Below are positions 29,723-41,000 of a stretch of DNA of 64,000 bases, piece after piece. Source of the DNA: an uncultured bacterium (lineage in GTDB: Bacteria > Chloroflexota > UBA5177 > JANWHV01); contig CAVSOU010000008.1 of NCBI GenBank assembly GCA_963729625.1, positions 352,001-416,000 of the forward strand. Reading direction: 5' to 3'. A program made the translations under genes and the position numbers. Under the pieces are notes generated by a model, which made no database searches, was not told where the DNA came from, and saw only the letters and a program-made list of their open reading frames with translations. Position 1 is the stretch's first letter. Each line of letters begins with the position of its first letter.

Positions 29723-30124
29723 CTAGAGCACCCCCAGATCCCGCAGCCAGGTGACGAAGTCTTCCGGCACGGGCATTGTCGAGAGGCGCCCCTGGCGAAT
29801 GAGGCTCCAGTCGTCAAACCTGTGCGTCTCTCTGATGGTCTTGAGGCTGATTGGTTCCGCAAGCTTCCGCGCAAAGCGCACGTCCACGACCGAGCTCTTC
29901 TCATCGTTCGGATCGGGGCGCGGTGCCGAAATCACGTCGGCGACACCCACGATGCTGGACTGGCCCTGGCTGTGATAGATCAATACGCGATCGCCGGGAG
30001 CCATGCGCCTGATCACAGCCACGGCCTGGGCGTTCCGCACGCCGTCCCAGACCGTCGTCCGGTCGCGAGCCAGGTCGTCGATGGAATAGGATCCCGGATC
30101 GGTCTTGGCGAGAAAATACGGCAT
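29723..30124 (-). CDS. EVE domain protein
   Basis: YFLAKTDP..YSIDDL..WDGVRNAQA..GDRVLIYHS..RQGRLS. Confidence 0.92.
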   Translation of the reverse strand: MPYFLAKTDPGSYSIDDLARDRTTVWDGVRNAQAVAVIRRMAPGDRVLIYHSQGQSSIVGVADVISAPRPDPNDEKSSVVDVRFARKLAEPISLKTIRETHRFDDWSLIRQGRLSTMPVPEDFVTWLRDLGVL

Positions 30125-30624
30125 CGATCGTTCCTTTCTTTTGTGCTCGCTGGAGTGTGCCGGTTGACGCCGGGCCAACCGCGGCTTAGTGCTGAGCTGC
30201 AGTGCCTCGGGTAGCTCCGGGCCCACTGCCGGGTCTCCTTTCGCGCATGTATTTCGAGCGCCCAGATCGTAACAGGTTCGTCCACCACTGTGCGTGCTGT
30301 GGGTGACGTGCAGGAGATGCGGTACGATCAGAGCAGCACTCCGGGCAGGCCGCTGTCCAGCCCGGTTCGCAGACGGCCTTTGGAGACCAACGGCGCGGCC
30401 GGAGGAGACCTGCCGAAGCACAGTTTGGAGGTTGCACAGAACAACTCACCGTCTGGCTGTACGCATACGCCCGGGAGTGTCCACCGCGTGATCCCACATA
30501 GTGTCGTTGCGTACATCCTTCGAAGCGCTTATAGTTGAGAAGAATCTCAAAACGAGGCTGTTGCCGTCGATTTGCGGCCTCACTATCACGATCTTGCGTT
30601 TGCCAAAGTAGGAGTGGGTAGCTT

Positions 30625-32487
30625 ATGAATACAACGCGTCTCCTTTCAAACGATGGAGTCTCCAACCCTGCGACGATCGGGCTCGCCCCGCGATCCGCCC
30701 GTGCCGTGAGCGGGCGACGACGCCTTGGCGTGCTTGGCGCTGTCGCGCTTGCCGTGCTGCTTGTGGGGAGCGGTCCCGCGGCCTCTGCGGCCCAGGCGCG
30801 ACAGGGCAGTGCTGCAGCGCGCGTGCAGGCAGCCGTGCCGTCGGGCGACGCCGCCTACCTGCCGGCGTCCACTGCCTTGTTTGCCAGCGCTAACCCGTCG
30901 ATTGGCGGTGTCCAGGGAACGTACCTGCACGGGCTGGAAAGCATCTTCCTGAGCGAGCCCGGGTTCGGCGGCGTTATGAAGAGCGTCACCGGGGCCAAGA
31001 GCACGAACTGCCTCGACGTCAACAACCAGGTTCTGTCGTGGATTAACGGATCGGTCACGCTTGCCATCACCGATCCGTCGGTCTTCAGTACGATGACCAG
31101 TACGCTCCCGTTAACCGGCACGAAGTCTACGAAGTCCTCCTCGACCCAGGGACTCGCCGTCCTGTTTGCCGTAAAGCCCGCCACGGTGCTGAGCATGCAG
31201 GCGCAACACAAGCTGGATGTGTTGCCGGGCATCCTCGCGCATTACCGGCTGGGCACCGCCAAGGCGGCGGGCAGCTACAGCGGCGTGAACGAGTATTCCG
31301 TGCGCATTACCGCGTGCGGCATGGATATGGGCTCCAAATCGCCGGCCTATGCCGCCATTGTGAGCAATGAGGCGCTGGTGACGCCGACATTGAAGGACCT
31401 GCAGAAAGAGATCGACACCGTCCAGGGTAAGGCAGCGTCGCTGGCAAGCACTGCACCCTACCAGCGCCTGATTGCCGCCGTACCGCCCACCGGGCTTGGC
31501 TATCTTTACGTCGATACGCCGGCGTTGGTACAGGCAGGCTCGGGCGTTGCCAGCTCGCTGAGCGGCACGACCGGCATTACAAGCACCGTGCCAAGCGTGG
31601 GCGGTGTTGCCAAGGAATTCGGGCCGTTCGGCGCCGCGCTCCTTGCTCAGGCGAACGGGTTGCGTATCCAGAGCGTACAGCTGATGAACGCTGCATCCAA
31701 GCAGAAGACTTCGATGGTCACGCCGAATCTGGGCGCGACCCTGTTGCCAGCGGGCACGATGGTCTATATGTCGATTGGCAACCTCCAGGGCGTGATCAAC
31801 AGCGTGATCGCAACGCTCAAGGCCGCGGCCGGCCCGCAAGGCGCCAAGACGTACGATCAGCTCACCGCTTCTTTCTCCAGCGTGCTCTCCCTGCTGAACG
31901 GCGAGTTTGCCCTCGGCCTGCTGCCGATGAGCGGAAAGGACGCCGCTGCCCTGGGCGCCGGCAATATCAGCGGCCTACCCCTGGCGGCGCTGTTCGGCAT
32001 GAAGGACCCTGCCGCGGCCGGCGCGGTCGTGTCCAGTCTCCTCGGCCTGGCTGGCGGATCGAGCGCCGCGACCACGCTGAAGCCGACCAAATTGCCAGGT
32101 GGCGCCATGCAGTACGCGAACGTTGCCGGGTACGGTTACGCGACCTTGCCGAACTGGCTGGTGGCTTCTACGTCTATCAAGAACGTGGTCGGTTTGATTC
32201 GGGGCGTGTTGGCCAGCCCGAAACACAGCCTCGCGGCCAGCAGTGCCTACCAGCAGGCGGCGGCAACGCTGCCGCAGCACTCGTCCGCAACCGTGTACTT
32301 AGACATCTCTGCCGTTCGCACGCTCGTGGAAGGCTTGGTCCTGGGAGGCATGTCCAAATCGGATCAGGCCGGGTATCAGCAGGCGCGGCCGTTGCTCATA
32401 CCGTTGAAGGCATTGGAAGCCGGTAGCAGCGCGGCGGAAGACGGTAAGGCTCTTCGTACCGATGTCTTCCTGCTGATCGGCAAGTAA
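30625..32487 (+). CDS. Exported/membrane-anchored DUF3352-like protein
   Basis: N-terminal signal/TM; internally duplicated YLPAST/LLPAGT and LYVD/VYLD pattern. Confidence 0.65.
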   Translation: MNTTRLLSNDGVSNPATIGLAPRSARAVSGRRRLGVLGAVALAVLLVGSGPAASAAQARQGSAAARVQAAVPSGDAAYLPASTALFASANPSIGGVQGTYLHGLESIFLSEPGFGGVMKSVTGAKSTNCLDVNNQVLSWINGSVTLAITDPSVFSTMTSTLPLTGTKSTKSSSTQGLAVLFAVKPATVLSMQAQHKLDVLPGILAHYRLGTAKAAGSYSGVNEYSVRITACGMDMGSKSPAYAAIVSNEALVTPTLKDLQKEIDTVQGKAASLASTAPYQRLIAAVPPTGLGYLYVDTPALVQAGSGVASSLSGTTGITSTVPSVGGVAKEFGPFGAALLAQANGLRIQSVQLMNAASKQKTSMVTPNLGATLLPAGTMVYMSIGNLQGVINSVIATLKAAAGPQGAKTYDQLTASFSSVLSLLNGEFALGLLPMSGKDAAALGAGNISGLPLAALFGMKDPAAAGAVVSSLLGLAGGSSAATTLKPTKLPGGAMQYANVAGYGYATLPNWLVASTSIKNVVGLIRGVLASPKHSLAASSAYQQAAATLPQHSSATVYLDISAVRTLVEGLVLGGMSKSDQAGYQQARPLLIPLKALEAGSSAAEDGKALRTDVFLLIGK

Positions 32488-32509
32488 GCGCGTCAAGCAG
32501 GTCACGCGA

Positions 32510-32541
32510 AGAGAGCCCGGCGCACGTGCGCCGGGCTCTCT
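32510..32541. terminator. Bidirectional terminator-like hairpin
   Basis: Perfect 32-bp palindrome agagagcccggcgcac/gtgcgccgggctctct between convergent genes. Confidence 0.75.
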
Positions 32542-32577
32542 GTATCGTGTCTGCGAACGACCAATCCCCGCCAGGGA

Positions 32578-33861
32578 TCAGGCAGGCTCGTCCTGGACCA
32601 AGAGGTCTTCTTCTTCGCGCGCTGGCAAACGCACGGGCTCGAGGATTGGGCTTTCTTCCTTGAGGATCACCTTCTCGGTAATCTTGCAGCGCCGAATGTC
32701 CTGCCTGGAAGGTATCTCGTACATCACGTCGAGAAGCACTTCCTCGACGATAGTACGAAGGCCGCGCGCGCCCGTCTTGTGCTTGAGCGCTTCACGTGCC
32801 GTGGCCCGAATCGCTTCCTGGGTGAAGACGAGCTCCACTTTGTCGAGGTCGAAGAACTTCTTGTATTGCTTGACGATGGCGTTCTTCGGCTCGGTCATGA
32901 TCTTGATCAGGGTATCCTCGTCGAGTGCCTCGAGCATGACGACCACGGGCAAGCGGCCGACAAACTCGGGGATGAGGCCATACTGCAGCAGATCTTCAGG
33001 GATGACATGCTTCTGCGCCTCGCTCGGTTCTTCAGAGTTGTCGATCGTCTGAAAGCCGAGGCGCTTGTGCTTGTTCAGTCGCGTATCGATGATCTTGTCG
33101 AGCCCTTCGAACGCGCCGCCGCAAACGAAGAGGATATTCGACGTGTTGATCTGAATGAAGTCCTGGTGTGGATGCTTCCGGCCTCCCTGGGGGGGAACGT
33201 TCGCAATCGTTCCTTCGACGATCTTCAGCAGGGCCTGCTGCACACCTTCGCCGGAGACATCGCGCGTAATGGAAGGGTTGTCCGACTTTCGCGAGATCTT
33301 GTCGATTTCGTCGATGTAGACGATGCCCTTCTCGGCGCGCGGGATGTCGAAATCCGCTGCCTGGATCAGGCGAAGCAGGATGTTCTCCACGTCCTCGCCC
33401 ACATAGCCGGCTTCGGTAAGCGCCGTGGCGTCGGCAATGCAGAATGGGACGTCCAGCACGCGTGCCAGGGTTTGCGCGAGCAGGGTCTTGCCGCAGCCCG
33501 TGGGGCCGACGAGCAGGATATTGCTCTTTCCCAGCTCAACGTCGTCGATCTGCATTCCGGCCGCTACGCGCTTGTAGTGATTGTAGACGGCGACGGAAAG
33601 CACTCGCTTGGCGCGGTTCTGCCCTACGACATACTGGTTGAGCTGTTCGAAAATACGCTTGGGAGGGGGGATTTTCGTGATCGGAAGCTTCTGCTTGGGT
33701 GCGTTTGCCTGCTCTTCTTCGATGATCTCACGACACAGGTCGATACACTCGTCACATATGTAGACACCGCCGGGACCCGCGATAAGCCGGTGAACCTGCT
33801 CCTGGCTCTTGCCGCAGAATGAGCAGCGATACTGGACACGAGGCGGCTTCGTGTTGGCCAT
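32578..33861 (-). CDS. clpX: ATP-dependent Clp protease ATP-binding subunit ClpX
   Basis: CSFCGK zinc finger, [21 protein letters not shown]. Confidence 0.98.
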   Translation of the reverse strand: MANTKPPRVQYRCSFCGKSQEQVHRLIAGPGGVYICDECIDLCREIIEEEQANAPKQKLPITKIPPPKRIFEQLNQYVVGQNRAKRVLSVAVYNHYKRVAAGMQIDDVELGKSNILLVGPTGCGKTLLAQTLARVLDVPFCIADATALTEAGYVGEDVENILLRLIQAADFDIPRAEKGIVYIDEIDKISRKSDNPSITRDVSGEGVQQALLKIVEGTIANVPPQGGRKHPHQDFIQINTSNILFVCGGAFEGLDKIIDTRLNKHKRLGFQTIDNSEEPSEAQKHVIPEDLLQYGLIPEFVGRLPVVVMLEALDEDTLIKIMTEPKNAIVKQYKKFFDLDKVELVFTQEAIRATAREALKHKTGARGLRTIVEEVLLDVMYEIPSRQDIRRCKITEKVILKEESPILEPVRLPAREEEDLLVQDEPA

Positions 33862-33866
33862 GGTAG

Positions 33867-34472
33867 TTAGTCCTCCGCGAGTTCCGGAAAGCTTGGGTCG
33901 ACGAGCACCTCGTCCACGATACCGTAGTCTTTGGCCTCTTTCGCGGTCATGTAGTAGTCGCGCTGCGTGTCCTTCGCTACCTTCTCGTATGGTTGGCCAC
34001 AGTGGTGTGCCAGGATCTGGTTCAACCGGTGAACAGAACGGATGATCCAGCGTGATTGTATCTCGATATCGGGTGTGGCGCCCTGGAAACCGGCGCTGCC
34101 TTGGTGAATCATCACTTCCGCGTTCGGAAGTGCATAGCGCTTCCCCTTCGCGCCGGCTGCCAGAAGAATCGACGCCATGCTCGCACACATGCCCATGCAG
34201 TACGTCGCGACGTCGGGCTTGATCTGGCGCATTGTGTCATAGATCGCCAAGCCGGCAGTCACCTGCCCTCCTGGGCTGCTGATATACATGCTGATATCGC
34301 GCTCTGCGTCTTCGCTTTGCAGGAAGAGGAGCTGAGCCACCACCAAGCTTGCCATCTGCGGCTCGATTGGGGTGGTGATGAAGATAATGCGATCTTTGAG
34401 CATGCGCGAGAAAATATCATAGGCACGCTCACCACGATTTGTGGATTCGACGACCATCGGCACAAGGCCCAT
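33867..34472 (-). CDS. clpP: Clp protease proteolytic subunit
   Basis: [29 protein letters not shown]. Confidence 0.98.
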   Translation of the reverse strand: MGLVPMVVESTNRGERAYDIFSRMLKDRIIFITTPIEPQMASLVVAQLLFLQSEDAERDISMYISSPGGQVTAGLAIYDTMRQIKPDVATYCMGMCASMASILLAAGAKGKRYALPNAEVMIHQGSAGFQGATPDIEIQSRWIIRSVHRLNQILAHHCGQPYEKVAKDTQRDYYMTAKEAKDYGIVDEVLVDPSFPELAED

Positions 34473-34474
34473 CG

Positions 34475-35929
34475 TCAGTTCTCCTCTTCGCTTTGCTGGA
34501 CCGGCGCCCGCTCCTCTTGAGCGCTCTCCGAGGCCGGCATGGAAACCGTTGCCTGCTCGGTAGCCGCCGTCACCGACGTGCCCAGAGCGGCGCTCTCTAC
34601 GCTTTCGGTCATGTCGCCGTGATCCTCGGGGCTGGCTATTTCGAGCAGTCGATTAATGACATACCGCTTCCGCAACTTGGTGGCAATTCGCTGCCGCAGA
34701 GAATCGGAGGCCAGCAGCCGGCGCCGTTCCTTATTACTGTACGCAGGCTGGCTGGCGACAAGATGAAGCTGCGCATCGATCTCACTGTTTGGCGCTTCAA
34801 TAGTCTCTGCCTTGGCAATAGCGTCGAGCACCAGATCGGTACGCACGCGCGTCTCGGCGCTCGATCGTGCATCCGCACGAATCTGCTCTACGGTCTTCCC
34901 TAGGATGCGGGCATAGGTATCCATAGAGATTTTGCGTTCACGCTCGACGTTTTCCTGAAGTTGTCGCATCATCTCGTCGAGCTCTTCCTCGACGAGCGGA
35001 GGTGGTACCGAGACGGCCGACAGCTTGACAACCTCTTCGATCACCTGCTCCACGTACTCGTCCATGGCCCGGCGTCGCGCCTGGGCCTGCATGCTCGAGG
35101 TGAGCCGTTCGCGGAGCAGGGCAAGAGAGTCGACCTTTGCAATCGTCTGAGCGAAGCTGTCGTCGATCTCCGGAGCATGCTTCCGCTCGACCTTCAGAAG
35201 TTCCACGTGCAGAGCCAGTTGCTTGCCGGCATAGGTAGTGGGAGCGTAGTTCTCAGGCAGATCGATAGTCTCATCCTTGACATCGCCCTTGCGCATGCCG
35301 ACAAGCCGTTGCGAGAGCCCCGGAATCGGCACAGTCGGAGCCTCGCCCTCGCGCAATTGGTAGTCCCACGCTTCCTGGTCGACGAGAGTCTCCTCGTCGA
35401 CGGTGGCAAGCAGGCGTAGCGTGGCCATGTCTCCCAACTCGGCGGCGCCGTCCTCGACAGGAGTCCAGGCCGCCTGTTGGTCCGCGAGCTCTTTCAGGAA
35501 CCGATCCACGTCACCCGGCGAGATTTCAGGCGTTTCGGGCGCCAGGCGAACTGACGAGTAATCACCAAGCTGAACCTCAGGGCGGACGTAGACTGTGGCT
35601 GTGAAACTCAGCGGTTTCTGCGCATCGATCTCGCCGGCCTTTGGAGATTGCACGTCCGGGTAGCCAAGTGGATGCAGGTCATGCTCTTTAATCGCCTGTG
35701 TATAGGCGTCATTGATGGCGATGTCTGCCGCCTCGGTCAACAGCACCTCCGGGCCGATCGCACGCTCGAGCACGGCGCGGGGCGCCTTACCGGGGCGAAA
35801 TCCCGGTACATGGTACTTTCCGGCCAGCCGCTGGTAGGCCCGGCCGACCGCTTGACCCAAGGCATCCGGATCGATCTCGATTTGGAGCTGGACTTGACTC
35901 TCTGGAAGACGCTCAACTTCAACCCGCAC
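34475..35929 (-). CDS. tig: Trigger factor
   Basis: [10 protein letters not shown]; tig-clpP-clpX synteny. Confidence 0.95.
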   Translation of the reverse strand: MRVEVERLPESQVQLQIEIDPDALGQAVGRAYQRLAGKYHVPGFRPGKAPRAVLERAIGPEVLLTEAADIAINDAYTQAIKEHDLHPLGYPDVQSPKAGEIDAQKPLSFTATVYVRPEVQLGDYSSVRLAPETPEISPGDVDRFLKELADQQAAWTPVEDGAAELGDMATLRLLATVDEETLVDQEAWDYQLREGEAPTVPIPGLSQRLVGMRKGDVKDETIDLPENYAPTTYAGKQLALHVELLKVERKHAPEIDDSFAQTIAKVDSLALLRERLTSSMQAQARRRAMDEYVEQVIEEVVKLSAVSVPPPLVEEELDEMMRQLQENVERERKISMDTYARILGKTVEQIRADARSSAETRVRTDLVLDAIAKAETIEAPNSEIDAQLHLVASQPAYSNKERRRLLASDSLRQRIATKLRKRYVINRLLEIASPEDHGDMTESVESAALGTSVTAATEQATVSMPASESAQEERAPVQQSEEEN

Positions 35930-36083
35930 GGGCCCTCGACCTCACTCCCTGACAATGTGTGTGTATGCTTCTGCGTTTCACCGCGGCGACGCTACAAATC
36001 TGTTTGCTCATCGGGCCCGCATAAACCCACGAAGCGGGAAATGACCAAAATGCCGTGCATGGTACCTCGCCTCGGAGCCGTAG

Positions 36084-36165
36084 TGGGGAAGGAGGGACTC
36101 GAACCCTCACGCATTGCTGCACATGATCCTAAGTCATGCCCGTCTACCAATTCCGACACTTCCCC
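36084..36165 (-). tRNA. tRNA-Leu(TAG)
   Basis: GGGGAAG/CTTCCCC acceptor stem, CATGA-CTTAGGA-TCATG anticodon arm, long variable arm, GGTTCGAGT; CCA not encoded. Confidence 0.96.
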
Positions 36166-36331
36166 CAGCGAAGCACTGGCATGAACGCGGGCTCTGACGA
36201 CCATGGGGAAGGCAAAGAGCCTTTGCCCCATGATATGCACAGCTTTCTGATGGTGTCAAATAGCCCAATTGAGGTAAGATCGCCGCGAAGCGATAGAAGA
36301 AAACAATCGCCCCAGAGGAGATTTACTCTTC

Positions 36332-37513
36332 GTGGACCTTGTACACCGTGCGTTCGGCGACGAGTACCTCGCGTTACAGTGTATCATCACGGCTGCTTTT
36401 GTCCTGGGGTTATCCCTCTGTCTTACACCTTTGCTTGCCACGTTTGCCCGCCGCTTCAACATCCTCGCGCCTGTTCGCGATCGTGATGTGCATGTGCGGC
36501 CTGTCCCATACCTCGGCGGCGTGGCCATATTTGCCGCCTTCGTCGCCGGTATGCTGCTGTTCATGCCCCTGGCCGGAACGCGGCACGATGTGCTGAACAC
36601 GTCATTTCTGATCGGCGAGCAAACGCTCAAGCAGTTCCGTGGGTTGCTCCTTGGCGCCACGCTTGCCGTGCTCGTGGGCGTGCTCGACGATATTCTTACC
36701 AGCCGCAACGGGCGGGGGTTGCGCCCGTCAGTCCATTTCCTCGGACAGCTGTTCGCCGCGGCGGCAGCGCTCTTTGGGGGGCTCGATCCGGTGCGCGGTG
36801 TATCCAATCCCCTGAGCAGCGTGCACTTCATCTACGCGCATCCGGAAAAGCACCTCCAGATTCTCCTGACCCCTTCGTTCCTGGGTGTCTCCCTGGGCAT
36901 GGCGTTTACCATATTCTGGATCGTCGGCATGATGAACACCGTCAACTTCATGGATGGCCTGGATGGTCTCGCGGGCGGCGTGGTGATGATCGTAGCCGTT
37001 CTGCTGGCGATCTGGAGTGGCTGGACACATGGCGAGGGCGCGACCACCCTCCTGGGCAGCCAGGTGCTGCTGCTGCCGCCGTTGATTCTCGCCGCAGCTC
37101 TGCTGGGATTCCTCGTCTACAACTGGGCGCCCGCGCATATCTTTATGGGCGATTCCGGCGCGCAGTTTGCGGGATTTACCCTTGGCGTGCTGGCCATTCT
37201 CGGGCCGGCAAAGATCGGCACGGCCCTCCTGATTCTGACCGTGCCGATACTTGATACCGCTTGGGTGTTCGTTCGCCGCCCGATCGAAGGGAAAGCGTTC
37301 TTCAGAGCGGACAGCGAGCACCTGCATCACCGGCTGCTCGAGCGCGGGTTCAGCCAGCAGCAAATTGTCCTTATCTTTTATGGCATGTGCACGGCGCTCG
37401 GTTTGATCGATCTGTCCGTCGACAGGGCCATCAAGCTGGTGGCCTTCCTTGTGGTGGTTGGGCTCACCATCGCCGTGTTGATCAGCATGACCGCCTGGAA
37501 GCCACAGGCATAG
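36332..37513 (+). CDS. WecA/TagO (MraY-like GT4) undecaprenyl-phosphate GlcNAc-1-P transferase
   Basis: PYLGGVAIF, GVLDD, NFMDGLDGLA, IFMGDSG, HLHHRL. Confidence 0.93.
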   Translation: MDLVHRAFGDEYLALQCIITAAFVLGLSLCLTPLLATFARRFNILAPVRDRDVHVRPVPYLGGVAIFAAFVAGMLLFMPLAGTRHDVLNTSFLIGEQTLKQFRGLLLGATLAVLVGVLDDILTSRNGRGLRPSVHFLGQLFAAAAALFGGLDPVRGVSNPLSSVHFIYAHPEKHLQILLTPSFLGVSLGMAFTIFWIVGMMNTVNFMDGLDGLAGGVVMIVAVLLAIWSGWTHGEGATTLLGSQVLLLPPLILAAALLGFLVYNWAPAHIFMGDSGAQFAGFTLGVLAILGPAKIGTALLILTVPILDTAWVFVRRPIEGKAFFRADSEHLHHRLLERGFSQQQIVLIFYGMCTALGLIDLSVDRAIKLVAFLVVVGLTIAVLISMTAWKPQA

Positions 37514-37521
37514 GCTTTCAC

Positions 37522-38391
37522 TCAGGCGGACGGGTTGGCTTCATCAACCGCGCGCAGATCCTCAGCACTCAAGTGGAGACCCGCTGCTCCGAGATTCTCA
37601 CGCACACGTTCCGCGCGCGTGGTGCAGGGAATCGGCACGATGACCGGCGACTTGGTCAGCAGCCAGGCCAGCACCACCTGATATGGCGTCGCATTGTGCT
37701 TGCGCGCTACCTCGGCGACCGCCGCGATCTCGCCCAAGCGCTTTGCGCGGCCCCCACCGCCAAAGGGCGAGTAGGGAAGATAGGCGATGCCACGATCGGT
37801 GCAGGCTTGCAGCACGCCGTTGTGTTCGTCGTTGCGATGCCAGTGATGGAACTCGTTCTGCACGCTGACAACCTCGACCAGGCGTTGCGCCGTGTCGAGC
37901 TGGGCAACGGAGACGTTGGAGATGCCGACCATACGCACCTTGCCGGCGCGCTGCAGATCGGCGATCGCGCCGATAGACTCGTCATAAGGAACCTTGGGGT
38001 CGGGTCTATGATACTGGTAGAGATCGATCACCTCTACGCCAAGAGCCTTCAAGCTGGCGTCGCAGGCTTTCCGCAAGTAGTCCGGCCGGCCGTTCACGTC
38101 CCATCCGCCATCAGGCTGGCGTGTGTGGCCGCCTTTCGTGGCCACGAGGACCTCATCGCGTGACTTCCCTGCCGTTGCCAGGGCCATGGCGATCAGCCGC
38201 TCATTGTGCCCCACGTCGGCGTCGTTGAGGCAATAGGCGTCGGCGGTATCGATCAGCGTGATGCCGCCGTCGAGCACTGCCTTCAACGTCTGCAGGGCCT
38301 GTGCCTCCAACGGTCTGCCCTGTATCGACAAGTACATGCCTCCATAGCCAAGCTCGTTTACGCGGCGTGTGCCAATTGTCCGCTGCTCCAT
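37522..38391 (-). CDS. Aldo/keto reductase
   Basis: IDTADAY, ATKGG, IDLYQYHRPD, VGISN. Confidence 0.95.
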   Translation of the reverse strand: MEQRTIGTRRVNELGYGGMYLSIQGRPLEAQALQTLKAVLDGGITLIDTADAYCLNDADVGHNERLIAMALATAGKSRDEVLVATKGGHTRQPDGGWDVNGRPDYLRKACDASLKALGVEVIDLYQYHRPDPKVPYDESIGAIADLQRAGKVRMVGISNVSVAQLDTAQRLVEVVSVQNEFHHWHRNDEHNGVLQACTDRGIAYLPYSPFGGGGRAKRLGEIAAVAEVARKHNATPYQVVLAWLLTKSPVIVPIPCTTRAERVRENLGAAGLHLSAEDLRAVDEANPSA

Positions 38392-38660
38392 ATGCATCTC
38401 TCCTACAACCGCCGACCGGCGGTTCACTCGCAAGCCGATTCCTTCTCAAGATACCTTCTGGCCACAAATCTCGATACACGGGAGCGTCGATCCACTGTGA
38501 GAGATGCGCACGCGAGTGTCTTGACTGTAGGCGCATTCCAGAATGGTGGCGCTTAGCCCGACGATCAGGCAATTGCTCGAGCTTGGGCAGACCATGGCGC
38601 AGAGGACTCTCAGGAAGGAATCGGTAGCCTGCAATGCGGTGCTCGGACCGGACCTAAAGG

Positions 38661-38999
38661 CTACGAATCCGCAAGAGCCTGTGCCGCGGTAGTCAGGGTG
38701 TCCTCGATCCATGTGTTCATTGATTTGCCCTGTGCCTGAGCAGCGCGGACAATCTTGGCGTGCTGCTCCGGCGTGGTGCGCACGACGAACTTGCCTGAGT
38801 GTGGCTTACTGGGCGTCTTTCCTTGCTCAGCGCAGACTTCAAGGTAAACGTCTACTGAGATATGAAACTCACGGTCGAGGTCGGCGACTCGATCGGCTTG
38901 GAACATGACCACATCGTCAATGTCGAGCACGCGACCGATCAATAGTCCGGCTGTGTAGTCGATTTCCACGGATGCGGAGTAGCCCTTGTATGGCTTCAT
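38661..38999 (-). CDS. hicB: HicB antitoxin
   Basis: YKGYSASVE..FHISVDVYL..SGKFVVR. Confidence 0.93.
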   Translation of the reverse strand: MKPYKGYSASVEIDYTAGLLIGRVLDIDDVVMFQADRVADLDREFHISVDVYLEVCAEQGKTPSKPHSGKFVVRTTPEQHAKIVRAAQAQGKSMNTWIEDTLTTAAQALADS

Positions 39000-39250
39000 G
39001 GCATAACCCCTGCTCGCTCCAGGAAGTCTCGCACGCCGCGCACCGTGGCGTAGGGTGCGTGGCGATTCGGGTGCGGTTGATGAAACACGGCAACGACCCC
39101 GCTAAGCGAGAAGCTGACACGAGAGCCTTCACGCTGACCTACCTTGGCACCGGCGGCTTCTACCATGCTCACAATGTCGTTCCAGATGATGTCCGAACGG
39201 GTTGGTATTTCAAAGACCTTGGCGAGCGTGATGCTCTGCTTCTTGTTCAC
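38996..39250 (-). CDS. hicA: HicA toxin
   Basis: IIWNDI..GSRVSF..FHQPHP. Confidence 0.92.
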   Translation of the reverse strand: MNKKQSITLAKVFEIPTRSDIIWNDIVSMVEAAGAKVGQREGSRVSFSLSGVVAVFHQPHPNRHAPYATVRGVRDFLERAGVMP

Positions 39251-39256
39251 GCCTCT

Positions 39257-39279
39257 ATAGTATCACTTATCGATACTAT
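39257..39279. promoter_or_regulatory. hicAB operator inverted repeat
   Basis: ATAGTATC-N7-GATACTAT directly upstream of hicA. Confidence 0.7.
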
Positions 39280-39970
39280 TGTCGAACCTGTTCCGTCGCT
39301 TCGGCGCTGAACTGGTCTTTCGAAGCGAGCCCGTGTGGTGACCGCCGAATGCCGCCGCCAGCCAATCGCGCGCGCTCGCCACCTCGCTGGCGCTGAGCGC
39401 GTGACCGCCAGGCGCCCAATGGAGTTGTACCGTGGCTCCCGCGTCTTGCAGTACGGTTGCCAGGCGCTGTGTCTGGTCAGGGCTGATCAGTGCGTCGGCC
39501 AACCCGCCGCTGAGAAACACGGGCAGGCCGGTGAGATCGGGCACGACGACCGGCTGACTCGGCAGCTGCGCATGGAACAGCACGGCGCCGGCGAGGACGC
39601 CCGGGTGTGTCACGATCAGGTTCGCGGCGACGTTAGCCCCATTTGAGTAGCCGGCAGCAATCACGCGGCCGGGATCAAATCCATAGATCCCGGCCGCGGC
39701 AACCACGAAGTCGGCAAGCTCACGGGTTTGCTGCTTAAGGTCCTCCAGATCGAACACTCCCGGCGCGAGCCGACGGAAGAAGCGCGGCATGCCCTGTTCC
39801 AACACCTTGCCGCGCGGGCTCAGGCGACCGGCGCCGGGCCACAGCATGTCGCCGAGATCGAGAAGATCGTGCTCATCTCCCCCGGTTCCATGCAGCAGCA
39901 GAAGGGTTGGCGCGTCCGGCCGCGCCGGCGGCACGAAGCGGTGTATGAAGGCGAGATCGGCGGCGGTCAC
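39263..39970 (-). CDS. Phospholipase/carboxylesterase alpha/beta hydrolase (MhqD-like)
   Basis: LLHGTGGDE, GYSNGAN, GGH. Confidence 0.92.
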   Translation of the reverse strand: MTAADLAFIHRFVPPARPDAPTLLLLHGTGGDEHDLLDLGDMLWPGAGRLSPRGKVLEQGMPRFFRRLAPGVFDLEDLKQQTRELADFVVAAAGIYGFDPGRVIAAGYSNGANVAANLIVTHPGVLAGAVLFHAQLPSQPVVVPDLTGLPVFLSGGLADALISPDQTQRLATVLQDAGATVQLHWAPGGHALSASEVASARDWLAAAFGGHHTGSLRKTSSAPKRRNRFDNSIDK

Positions 39971-40950
39971 TGTGCTGCTACCGGCTGCGTGTATCGCGGC
40001 GGGATCGAGGGGAGCGGGCGCAGTCCAGCCTCAATCGCCGCGCGCCGGGGCTCCAGGAACGGCGGCAGCGCGAGCCGTTCGCCCAGGTGCTCGGCGTCCT
40101 CATCGGTGGCAAAGCCCGGTCCATCCGTGGCAATCTCGAACAGCACGCCGCCGGGCTCGCGAAAGTAGAGCGAGCGGAAGTAGAAGCGGTCGATGACCGG
40201 GGTGGGGTGCAGGCCCGCGGCGGTCAGCCGCTGCTGCCATGCCAGGTGTTCGTCGCTGTTCGGCGTGCGGAATGCGACATGGTGCACGCCGCCGATCCCC
40301 ACGGTGCCATGAGGCGCATCCGGCCGCACCGCCACGTGCACTTCGGCGCCCGCTCCGGCCGCGCCTACGGAGAAGACGAGCACTACCTGCCCGTCTTCCG
40401 GCGCCGCGTACTCGCCGATCTGTTGGAAACCCATGGCCGTGGTCAGCGTGTGTGCGGTCGGCTCGAGGTGCATAACGGCCAGAGTAACGGCGCCCAGTCC
40501 GCGGATAGCCATGCCCACCGGCACAGGGCTGCCAGTCCACGGCGTACCGCCGGTATCTCCGTCGGCAATGAACTGCAGGCGCTGCCCCTCGGGATCGGAG
40601 AAGGCGAGCGTTTGGCGGCCGGCGCGCTCGGCAATATCGTCATGCGCCACGCCGTTTGCCTCGAGCCTCTCGACCCACCAGTCGAGCGAGGCAGCGGGCA
40701 CGCGCAGACCGGTAGCGGAGACCATGCCGGCGCCCGGGCGGCGACGAATCGCCTGCGGCCAATCAAAGAAGGTGAGATCGGTGCCGGGACTCCCGGCGGC
40801 ATCGGCGTAGAAGAGGTGATAGGCCGAGACATCGTCCTGGTTGACGGTCTTCTTGACCAGCCGCATGCCCAGCACCTGCGTGTAGAACGCGAGGTTGTCG
40901 GCTGCCCGGCCGGTGACGGCGGTGACGTGGTGAATGCCATGCAGGTTCAT
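39967..40950 (-). CDS. Ring-cleaving dioxygenase (VOC, MhqO-like)
   Basis: GIHHVTAV, VKKTVNQDD, VHHVAFR, DRFYFRSLYFREPGG. Confidence 0.95.
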   Translation of the reverse strand: MNLHGIHHVTAVTGRAADNLAFYTQVLGMRLVKKTVNQDDVSAYHLFYADAAGSPGTDLTFFDWPQAIRRRPGAGMVSATGLRVPAASLDWWVERLEANGVAHDDIAERAGRQTLAFSDPEGQRLQFIADGDTGGTPWTGSPVPVGMAIRGLGAVTLAVMHLEPTAHTLTTAMGFQQIGEYAAPEDGQVVLVFSVGAAGAGAEVHVAVRPDAPHGTVGIGGVHHVAFRTPNSDEHLAWQQRLTAAGLHPTPVIDRFYFRSLYFREPGGVLFEIATDGPGFATDEDAEHLGERLALPPFLEPRRAAIEAGLRPLPSIPPRYTQPVAAQ

Positions 40951-41000
40951 GATGTGCTCCTTCAGCGGCTCAGTAGTGGAGAGGTTGAAAAGGGGGAGGC

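Noticed and set aside
30150-30345. 6S RNA or known riboswitch call
   Set aside because: GAACC/GGTT placement is asymmetric and no riboswitch consensus matched; kept only as a low-interest candidate
32578-34188. N-terminally extended ClpX (536 aa)
   Set aside because: The extension overlaps clpP; the true start is ATG 33861 with a GGAGG RBS
36084-36165. tRNA-Leu as an island integration site
   Set aside because: Flanked by core genes; no duplicated 3' end or integrase seen
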